A stretch of DNA of 61,706 nt from Candidatus Amesbacteria bacterium GW2011_GWC2_45_19. Its GTDB lineage: Bacteria > Patescibacteriota > Microgenomatia > CAZETR01 > Amesbacteraceae. Positions 54,133 through 61,495 of this stretch are shown here, piece after piece; the first letter of the stretch is position 1; every line of letters begins with the position of its first letter. The notes below the pieces were generated by a model, which saw only the letters and a list, made by a program, of their open reading frames with translations, had not been told where the DNA came from and did no database searches. The stretch spans positions 18,360 to 80,065 of the forward strand of contig LCKS01000001.1 of the NCBI GenBank assembly GCA_001001555.1, in the 5' to 3' direction. A program made the position numbers and the translations under genes.

Positions 54133-57038
54133 ATACAATAATCAATAATGTTGGGTTTATCTTTAACAGTGCCGCCTTTTATTCTCAGCAATATTTTGAT
54201 AGATACTCATTTTTAGTTCCTCTTGGAGTAATCGGAATATGGCGATGGTCTGTCTGGATGATAAAAGAGGTTATTGGGCTTCATTACCGTCCTAAAACAA
54301 AGGAATATAATGCAAAAGTCTCCTTGGTGATTCCTGTCTATAATGAGAATCCGCAAGTATTTACACAAGCTCTTAACTCGTGGAAGAAAAATAATCCATC
54401 AGAGATAATTGCGGTAATTGACTATACGGATTTGACGTGCATTGAAATTTTTAAGAAATTTAAAGAGACCTTTTCGGGTGCTAAACTTATTATTACTAAA
54501 ACTCCCGGGAAACGGCCGGCTTTAGCAGATGGGATTAAAGTTGCAAAAAGTGAAATTGTAGCCTTGGTTGACAGTGATACAATTTGGGATGATAATGTTT
54601 CAAGAAATGGTCTTCCCCCTTTTGTTGATCCTAAAGTGGCAGGGGTTGCTACATACCAAAGCGTTTTGCAGCCTAAAACTTTTGCACAAAAAGTTTTTGA
54701 TATACAGCTTGATTTGAGATATAGACATGAGTATCCATTCTTAGCCGCTTCGGGAGATGCTCTTGTTTGCCTCTCTGGGAGAACGGCATTTTACAGGCGT
54801 GAAGTTATTACTCCCATGCTTTCTGATTTAGTAAATGAGAAGTTCATGGGAGTACCGGTTATTAGCGGTGATGATAAAAGATTGACATACCTTGTGCTCG
54901 CAGCAGGATGGAAGGTTGCTTATCAAAGTACATCTCACGTTTATACGCCTGGGATGGCAGAACTGGGTGCATACCTTAAACAAAGACTGCGTTGGACAAG
55001 AAACAGTCTTCGTGCTGATTTGTCAGCAATCTTTAACGGATGGCCTATTCGGCATCCCGCTCTTCTCTTTTTTCAAATTGATAAGTTCCTTCAGGGCTTT
55101 GTGGTAATTTTAAGCCCCATTTATTTCTTTGTATCGATCTATCTTCATCTATGGATAGCTGCGTTCGCAATTTTTTGTTGGTGGTTTATCAGTAGAACTA
55201 TAAAGTTGTATTATCCCCACCTTTCTTATAAGCCCAAAAATATTGTTATTTTACCCGGATATGTGCTCTATACATTTCTTGCCGGGATACTTAAAATTTA
55301 TGCACTTTTTACACTCAATACTCAAGGCTGGATAACACGCTGGGATAAATCAAGGTTACCTCAGTTTAGATTACTTCTAGCGGCCCCTTCCTATCTTGCT
55401 ACTTTATCAGTTGTCTTGTTTCTTACATATGGAGTTTATATTTATAAAGAACACACATATTTAATTCCAAAATCACAAAGAGAACAATTGCTGGCAAGTG
55501 CTTTGCCCAGTATTCAAGCAGATGTTATTGCAAGTAGCGCAGTTTTAGGAGAATCAACATTAGCCCAAAAGGAGTTGTTTACTAATCGCTATGAAGCAAA
55601 AGGAAACGAAAATTTTATCGAGATATCCAATAAATTCGGAGTTGATGTAAACCAATTATATTATGCAAATATGGCCAAAGCACCAAATAGAAATATTACA
55701 CCAGGGACAATTTTATCAATCCCAGGAAAAGATATTCAACTACAACCAAATACTTCTCTTACCAAACTAACATATTCGACTAACCCTATAACCGTCCAAC
55801 ATGATAAAAAAACAAATACTCTTCTGGTTACAGGAAGGGGTAGGCAGATAACTCTAAAAGATATTGTGAGCAATGGAGGGAAGAGTTATTTAGAAGAAAT
55901 TTCATCAAAAATCTGGCTTGCAAAAGCTACAATTTTTCTTTCGGACGGTATTACTTTGAGGCTTGACAAAAACGAAGTAGAATGGCTTAAACTCGAGAGT
56001 AATAAAAAAGGATTTGTAATGCTTCGTTCTCTAAATAGCGACATTATTATTAACGGAGTAAAAATAACTTCTTGGGATACCGAAAACAATGATTACGATA
56101 AAGAACTCAAGGATGGAAGAAGTTTTATTATGGTAAAGGATAATTCAAGAATGGATATTTATTCATCCGAGCTTTCTTATTTAGGTTATCCAACTTCGTC
56201 AGATATTGCCGCATCTCCTTACGGTGTTTCTTGGAAGCTAAGTAACCTCAAGTTAAAAAAAGAACTTCTTACTGGAGAAGTTATCAACAGTAAATTCCAC
56301 CATAATTATTTTGGTGCTTACACTTATGGGGCAACTGGTATGCTGTGGAAGGGAAATGAATTTTATGAAAATGTAAGGTATGGGCTTGACCCCCATGATG
56401 ATTCCAATGGTTTTTTGGTGGAAGATAACATTGCCAGAGATAATGGTTCGCATGGTATTATTTTTTCGAAACGCAGCATGTACAATACGGTTCGTAATAA
56501 TATCTCCTACAATAATAAATTGCACGGGATAATGCTTCATGAAAAATCTGACTTTAATATAATTGAAAATAACACCGTAACCGGCAATACAAGCGGAATT
56601 GCCCTCTATCGTTCAAGTAACAACATTGTTCGCAACAACACCATAGCAAACAATAGACATGGAGTAAGGGCAAATGCAGGTTCAGAGGGTAACATTGTGC
56701 AGAATAACAGCATAACGGGAAGTGGATTATATGGAATTTATTTCTATGATAAGGCGAATAACAATTCTGTTTCAAATAATACATTTGAATATAACGACGT
56801 AGGAATTTATATTAAATCAGACTCAAATAATATTAGTAAGAATTCTTTAATAAATAATGCTGTTGGAGTTTACTTCCAAGATCAAGCTTCGAACAATGTC
56901 TTAGCTGACAATCAAATTAAGCAAAGCGGTATTTATGGAATTTATACAAAAGTTGCCAACGAAGTGAGCAATATTCTTGGGGTCAACGATTTATATAGAA
57001 ATCGTAAAGATGTGGCAGGGATGAACGAAGCAGATTAA
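54126..57038 (+). CDS. processive GT2 polysaccharide synthase (Alg8/HasA/NodC-like) fused to LysM and a right-handed beta-helix, C5-epimerase-like (AlgG-like) domain
   Basis: 970 aa. LVIPVYNE, VDSDT, SGDDKRLT, QRLRW (54981-54995). Several TM helices. LysM module (IEISNKFGVDVNQLYYAN...GTILSIPG). Beta-helix repeats (NNISYNNKLHGIMLH..IENNTVTGNTSGIAL..VRNNTIANNRHGV..) with a DPHD motif (56388-56399). Confidence 0.7.
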   Translation: MLNTIINNVGFIFNSAAFYSQQYFDRYSFLVPLGVIGIWRWSVWMIKEVIGLHYRPKTKEYNAKVSLVIPVYNENPQVFTQALNSWKKNNPSEIIAVIDYTDLTCIEIFKKFKETFSGAKLIITKTPGKRPALADGIKVAKSEIVALVDSDTIWDDNVSRNGLPPFVDPKVAGVATYQSVLQPKTFAQKVFDIQLDLRYRHEYPFLAASGDALVCLSGRTAFYRREVITPMLSDLVNEKFMGVPVISGDDKRLTYLVLAAGWKVAYQSTSHVYTPGMAELGAYLKQRLRWTRNSLRADLSAIFNGWPIRHPALLFFQIDKFLQGFVVILSPIYFFVSIYLHLWIAAFAIFCWWFISRTIKLYYPHLSYKPKNIVILPGYVLYTFLAGILKIYALFTLNTQGWITRWDKSRLPQFRLLLAAPSYLATLSVVLFLTYGVYIYKEHTYLIPKSQREQLLASALPSIQADVIASSAVLGESTLAQKELFTNRYEAKGNENFIEISNKFGVDVNQLYYANMAKAPNRNITPGTILSIPGKDIQLQPNTSLTKLTYSTNPITVQHDKKTNTLLVTGRGRQITLKDIVSNGGKSYLEEISSKIWLAKATIFLSDGITLRLDKNEVEWLKLESNKKGFVMLRSLNSDIIINGVKITSWDTENNDYDKELKDGRSFIMVKDNSRMDIYSSELSYLGYPTSSDIAASPYGVSWKLSNLKLKKELLTGEVINSKFHHNYFGAYTYGATGMLWKGNEFYENVRYGLDPHDDSNGFLVEDNIARDNGSHGIIFSKRSMYNTVRNNISYNNKLHGIMLHEKSDFNIIENNTVTGNTSGIALYRSSNNIVRNNTIANNRHGVRANAGSEGNIVQNNSITGSGLYGIYFYDKANNNSVSNNTFEYNDVGIYIKSDSNNISKNSLINNAVGVYFQDQASNNVLADNQIKQSGIYGIYTKVANEVSNILGVNDLYRNRKDVAGMNEAD

Positions 57039-57130
57039 ATGATACTTGCACCTTTTTTAAAAAAGTGTAACATACCATAACATACATCTTCATCTAGCTG
57101 CCCCAGGGTGAATTTCTAAGAGGAAATAAT

Positions 57131-58042
57131 ATGATAAAACCATCAATTTGTATTGTAGGTCCTGGAATTGTTGGGCAAGCAACGGGGAAAGTTTTGGTAG
57201 AAAAGGGAGTAAGGGTGGGTTTTTTGGGAATTGTAAAAGAACAAATTGAAAAATTAAAAAAAGAGAGTTACAACGCATTTACAAAGGATGAGATTCTTAA
57301 CGGGAGTTATGATTTTGACATAACAATGTTTACTGTCCCGACTTTCACAGTGAATGGAAGAATTGACCTAAGTATCCTTGAACAAGCATCGGTGGATTTG
57401 GGAAAGCGCCTTAAACACTTCAGGAAATATCATTTAGTTGTAGTTAAAAGCACTGTTCTCCCGGGCACAACAGAAGATCTTGTTATTCCTACAATAGAGA
57501 AATACTCAGGTAAAAAGGTCGGAAAAGACTTCGGTGCGTGCATGAACCCCGAATACCTTCGACAAGAAACTTCTTATAACGATACCCTAAATCCCTGGAT
57601 AATTTTAATTGGAGAATACGATAGGAAATCCGGTGACAGGCTTGAATTGATATATAAAAATAAATTCGATTGTCCATTGTTCAGGTGCGAAATTAAAGAG
57701 GCCGAAATGCAAAAATATATCCACAATATTTTTAATGCAACAAAAATTACCTACTTCAACGAAATGCGTCAAATTGCAAATAACCTGTGTATCAATGCCG
57801 ATAAAATCTTCAAATATTCCGCGATAAGTTGTGAAGGAATGTGGAACCCAAACTATGGAATAAAGAACAAGGGACCATTTGACGGGAGCTGTCTTCCGAA
57901 AGACATACAGGCGTTTTGTTTTTGGGCACAAACCAGTGGGTTTAACGCGTCTTTATTAAAAACAGTTATTGATGTAAACAATAAACTTGCTAGCAAGCTA
58001 GGTCTTCACGAATTCAGCTTCAAAAGCAGAGATATCTTATAA
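57131..58042 (+). CDS. UDP-glucose/GDP-mannose 6-dehydrogenase-family enzyme, short form (303 aa)
   Basis: ICIVGPGIVGQATG Rossmann motif, VVKSTVLPGTT, MNPEYLRQE, and catalytic-Cys motif DGSCLPKD. It ends before the usual C-terminal nucleotide-sugar-binding domain. Confidence 0.7.
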   Translation: MIKPSICIVGPGIVGQATGKVLVEKGVRVGFLGIVKEQIEKLKKESYNAFTKDEILNGSYDFDITMFTVPTFTVNGRIDLSILEQASVDLGKRLKHFRKYHLVVVKSTVLPGTTEDLVIPTIEKYSGKKVGKDFGACMNPEYLRQETSYNDTLNPWIILIGEYDRKSGDRLELIYKNKFDCPLFRCEIKEAEMQKYIHNIFNATKITYFNEMRQIANNLCINADKIFKYSAISCEGMWNPNYGIKNKGPFDGSCLPKDIQAFCFWAQTSGFNASLLKTVIDVNNKLASKLGLHEFSFKSRDIL

Positions 58043-58069
58043 AGGTATAATTTGCTTATCTAGCCCGCA

Positions 58070-58963
58070 ATGCGTTATAAAATTAAGGTAATGAATACTG
58101 AGCAACCCCCGGACAATTTATTGAAAGGGCATAAAATTCCTTTGTGGCTCATGGCATCTATTTTGCTGATTTTTATAGCCATAATTATTCGTTTTATTTC
58201 CCCAAAAGTATATTTGGAGACTAATACAAATGTGGTCGATACAAATTCTACCAAGAAACCAGCGCCCTCATTACTACCTACTGAAGTTATCTACCCCTCA
58301 CAAGTACTCAATCTCACTAATTGGAAAATAACAATCCCAACTATTACTTCCGGAGATGCAATAGAAATAAAACAGCCGCGATTGGCAACTTACAACCTTA
58401 ATCCTTGGTTTACAGTTTTGCCAGAAGAAAACGCAGTACGTTTTAGGGCTGCGGTGAATGGTGCAACGACAAGCGGTTCAGGTTATCCCCGCTCAGAGCT
58501 TAGAGAAATGGTCGACAATGGCAAGACAAATGCGAGCTGGCCCTCGAATGAAGGAACACATACTATGTTTTTAGACCAAGCAATCACTGCTGTACCAAAA
58601 ACCAAACAAGATGTAGTAGCGGGGCAAATTCACGATAACAACAAAGACATTATTGTGGTGCGACTTAATTATCCCACTCTTCACGTCAGGATTGATAGAA
58701 CAAACGTCTATACATTAGATTCTAACTATACGCTTGGAAAAAGATTTACTGTTAAGTTTGTAGTTAGCGATGGTTTGACCAAAGTCTATTACAACAACGG
58801 TATTGATCCTGTATATACTCTTAACAAAAGATATTCAGACGCTTATTTCAAAACAGGTGTTTACACTCAGTCAAATTGTAGTAAGGAAGGTTCTCCCTCT
58901 CTCTGTAATGACAACAACTATGGTGAAGTCATTGTTTATCAAGCAGCGGTCACGCATCAGTAA
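58070..58963 (+). CDS. membrane-anchored polysaccharide lyase family 7 (alginate/polyuronate lyase)
   Basis: 297 aa. N-terminal TM helix. The three PL7 signature blocks are present: YPRSELRE, AGQIHD, AYFKTGVYTQS. Confidence 0.75.
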   Translation: MRYKIKVMNTEQPPDNLLKGHKIPLWLMASILLIFIAIIIRFISPKVYLETNTNVVDTNSTKKPAPSLLPTEVIYPSQVLNLTNWKITIPTITSGDAIEIKQPRLATYNLNPWFTVLPEENAVRFRAAVNGATTSGSGYPRSELREMVDNGKTNASWPSNEGTHTMFLDQAITAVPKTKQDVVAGQIHDNNKDIIVVRLNYPTLHVRIDRTNVYTLDSNYTLGKRFTVKFVVSDGLTKVYYNNGIDPVYTLNKRYSDAYFKTGVYTQSNCSKEGSPSLCNDNNYGEVIVYQAAVTHQ

Positions 58964-58984
58964 TTACCAATAACAACGAAACAA

Positions 58985-59013
58985 TTGACAAATTAAAAAC
59001 CGTACAATATAAT
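58985..59013 (+). promoter_or_regulatory. consensus sigma70 promoter
   Basis: TTGACA (58985-58990), exactly 17 nt, TATAAT (59008-59013). Confidence 0.7.
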
Positions 59014-59018
59014 GCCTC

Positions 59019-59052
59019 AATTAACTGCCCTAAGGGCAGTTAATTGTTTTTA
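59019..59052 (+). promoter_or_regulatory. 12-bp perfect leader hairpin plus U-run directly before the ATG at 59056
   Basis: AATTAACTGCCC-taa-GGGCAGTTAATT (59019-59045), then GTTTTTA, tac, ATG. It starts about 6 nt after the -10, so it would be 5'-terminal on the mRNA. No Shine-Dalgarno. Confidence 0.5.
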
Positions 59053-59055
59053 TAC

Positions 59056-60096
59056 ATGAAAAAATTATTGACGGCTTTATTCTTAATAGTTTTTGCGGCA
59101 GGTTTACTCTTTATAAAACTCTCCCCTACTCTTGTAAAAGCAGATACAGGAGCGCCCGTAACAATAACAGCTACATACAATTCAAGTACAGGACAATTAA
59201 ATGCTTCAGGCTCCTATGCTTGGGAGGAATGTGAACCCGGCGAAGAGACAAACATTCTAGGATTTGCCCTTTTTATAAATGGCGGAACTCCTGCCATTAA
59301 TGATAGTAATGCTTTAGATGGATCCTCAATGCACCTTGCAAATAGTGGAAATCCTTGCACAACAACACCCGATAATTGGGTAGACAATAATCATGTTTTA
59401 TCTTCTGCCCCCGCAAATGTTTGTGTTGTTGTTTATGATGTAAGAGTTGACGATTCGGCGGATCCAGGAGGTATTCATTCTTTAATCGGAGCAGGCGGGG
59501 ATTATAATACAGATAATTCTTGGAATTTCAATGGCAGCTCTTATCTGGAAGGGTCTTGTACTGCTCCAGAAGTTATAACACCGACAGAAACACCCACGCC
59601 TGCTCCTACTCCAACACCCACGCCGACACTCTCATTGAGTAATGGTCCAATTGGTGGCTCTAATGGAGGCGGATCAACTCAATGTACCGATGCTAAACCG
59701 GGAATACCGGGATTACTTTCTGTAAACAAGAATAGCTCCTCTACTGCCGTTTTGGCTTGGTCACTAGTTTCGTCTGCCACAGATTACTCTATCCTATATG
59801 GTCTATCTTCTGGAAACTATATCTACGGAGTGCCAAGGACAGGGAATACTGATCACTACACTGTTGGCAGTTTGAATCCTGGTGTCAATTACTACTTTGC
59901 CGTAAAGGCTGTAAATGGGTGCACTCCCGGAGATCCTTCAAATGAGAGATCCACAGGATCAGATAGAGGCCAAGTGTTGGGAGCTTCAACTATGGCTGCC
60001 ACTGGAATTGCAGATCAGCTGGTAATGGTAACGGTGTTAGTAATGGGAGTATTGATAACAGTAAGATCGGGGTATGCGTACGCGAAGGCAAAGTAG
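59056..60096 (+). CDS. secreted protein: unknown Cys-containing N-domain, PT linker, FN3 module, C-terminal TM plus basic tail
   Basis: Start moved to MKKLLTALFLIVF. TPTETPTPAPTPTPTPT linker. FN3 module CTDAKPG..VLAW..YSILYG..YYFAVKAVNGCTPGDPSN. Tail VLGASTMAATGIADQLVMVTVLVMGVLITVRSGYAYAKAK. Confidence 0.65.
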   Translation: MKKLLTALFLIVFAAGLLFIKLSPTLVKADTGAPVTITATYNSSTGQLNASGSYAWEECEPGEETNILGFALFINGGTPAINDSNALDGSSMHLANSGNPCTTTPDNWVDNNHVLSSAPANVCVVVYDVRVDDSADPGGIHSLIGAGGDYNTDNSWNFNGSSYLEGSCTAPEVITPTETPTPAPTPTPTPTLSLSNGPIGGSNGGGSTQCTDAKPGIPGLLSVNKNSSSTAVLAWSLVSSATDYSILYGLSSGNYIYGVPRTGNTDHYTVGSLNPGVNYYFAVKAVNGCTPGDPSNERSTGSDRGQVLGASTMAATGIADQLVMVTVLVMGVLITVRSGYAYAKAK

Positions 60097-60634
60097 GCAC
60101 CTGGTAAGAATGGCAGTGGGGATAGTAATTGTGGTGTTTTCGATTTGGTATCTAGGTTACAGCCAGGGAGTTTTATCATTTAAAACTACACCTCGGGAAA
60201 CTGTAAAAACAGTAAGGTCAAGTCCGCCAGCAGAATTAAAAATACCTAATGCTAAAATAGATTTAAGACTAGACGGAGGTATAATTGAGAACGGAATTTG
60301 GCAAATTTCAGCTAAGGGTGGGTCGTATCTGGTCACAGGGGCTTATCCGGGTGAGGGGGGGAACATAATAATTTATGGACATAACAAATGGAATATTTTG
60401 GGTAGACTAAAGACTGTCACAAAAGGCCAGGCGATAATATTGGTAACTCAGGAGGGAAAAGAGCATAAATATCAAGTAGAAAATGTAATGGTGGTGAGTC
60501 CAAATGAAATAGAAGTAGTTGAACCAAGAAATAATGAGATATTAACAATCTATACGTGTACGGGGTTTTTGGACAGGTTGCGATTTGTGGTAGTAGCCAC
60601 CCCCATTGACTCTGAAATACAAAAGCCGCAATAA
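60074..60634 (+). CDS. sortase-family transpeptidase
   Basis: 186 aa. TM anchor. Catalytic His (NIIIYGHN), Cys (LTIYTCTG) and Arg (RLRFVVVA) in canonical order. Confidence 0.8.
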   Translation: MRTRRQSRHLVRMAVGIVIVVFSIWYLGYSQGVLSFKTTPRETVKTVRSSPPAELKIPNAKIDLRLDGGIIENGIWQISAKGGSYLVTGAYPGEGGNIIIYGHNKWNILGRLKTVTKGQAIILVTQEGKEHKYQVENVMVVSPNEIEVVEPRNNEILTIYTCTGFLDRLRFVVVATPIDSEIQKPQ

Positions 60635-60643
60635 TGGGTAGTA

Positions 60644-61495
60644 ATGCTCAAATTCCTGCGCCACCTGTTTTTTCCTCACGACTCCAATAATCAGCGGGCC
60701 AAGTTTCTTCATCCTTCATCCCTGGTTGTGACCATCGGTCTTTTTATCGTCTTCCAAGTAACCATCAACCAACTAACCATCAACTACCCGCAAATATTAG
60801 GTTACGCTTCCCAGATATCCCCCGAAGAAATAATTCGCTTGACCAATATTCAACGCACATCCTCTGGCCTATCTGAAGTCGAACTGAATTCTCAACTTTC
60901 CGCCGCCGCCGCCCAAAAAGCCGCAGATATGATTGCCCGTGATTATTGGGCTCATGTCTCGCCCGTAGGCACCCAGCCCTGGAACTTTATTACCCAGGCC
61001 GGCTACTCTTACCGCTATGCCGGTGAAAACCTGGCCCGGGATTTTTCCGACGCCAAATCCGTCGTCGACGCTTGGGTAGCTTCTCCTTCGCACCGGGAAA
61101 ATCTGCTCAATTCCCGGTATCAGGACATTGGAATAGCTGTTATCGATGGCCAACTTGAAGGCCGGGAGACCACTCTGGTGGTGCAATTTTTTGGCGCTAA
61201 ATTATCTGCCGCCCCCAGCGTGAGTTCAGTTTCTACTTCCATTGTCAAACCGGTCTCCGCCGCCACCTCTCCGTCTACTATGAACTATGAACCAAGAACT
61301 ATTTCTCCCTTTGATGTGACGAAGGCCGTTTCTCTGACACTGCTCATCATTTTTGTGACCGTTTTAGTTATCGACCTGGTAGCTGTGTATCAAAAGAAGA
61401 TCACCCGCTGGACCAGTAAAAGTTTTGCTCATCTGTTATTTATGTTAGCCTTATTAATAGCCGCCTTTATTATTTCCAAAGGCCAAATACTATGA
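60644..61495 (+). CDS. CAP/SCP/PR-1-like (YkwD-type) domain protein with N- and C-terminal TM helices
   Basis: 283 aa. LSAAAAQKAADMIARDYWAH...YAGENLA...VDAWVASPSHRENLL...IGIAV. Confidence 0.75.
   Translation: MLKFLRHLFFPHDSNNQRAKFLHPSSLVVTIGLFIVFQVTINQLTINYPQILGYASQISPEEIIRLTNIQRTSSGLSEVELNSQLSAAAAQKAADMIARDYWAHVSPVGTQPWNFITQAGYSYRYAGENLARDFSDAKSVVDAWVASPSHRENLLNSRYQDIGIAVIDGQLEGRETTLVVQFFGAKLSAAPSVSSVSTSIVKPVSAATSPSTMNYEPRTISPFDVTKAVSLTLLIIFVTVLVIDLVAVYQKKITRWTSKSFAHLLFMLALLIAAFIISKGQIL
60650..60780 (+). repeat. right copy of the direct repeat bracketing the island
   Basis: See 53098-53213. Confidence 0.75.

Larger units (their letters stand above)
53214..60643. other. A+T-rich genomic island (polyuronate module, FN3 proteins, sortase); no mobility gene seen
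   Basis: Bounded by the direct repeats. Codon usage and base composition are visibly more A/T-rich than in the flanking genes. It interrupts the giant-protein to CAP-gene arrangement. Confidence 0.55.

Noticed and set aside
53214-60643. Integrase, transposase or terminal inverted repeats that would make the island a recognisable mobile element.
   Set aside because: None of the island ORFs has recombinase motifs, and I saw no inverted terminal repeats. Only the direct duplication of the target gene's 5' end is present, so I did not call it a mobile element.
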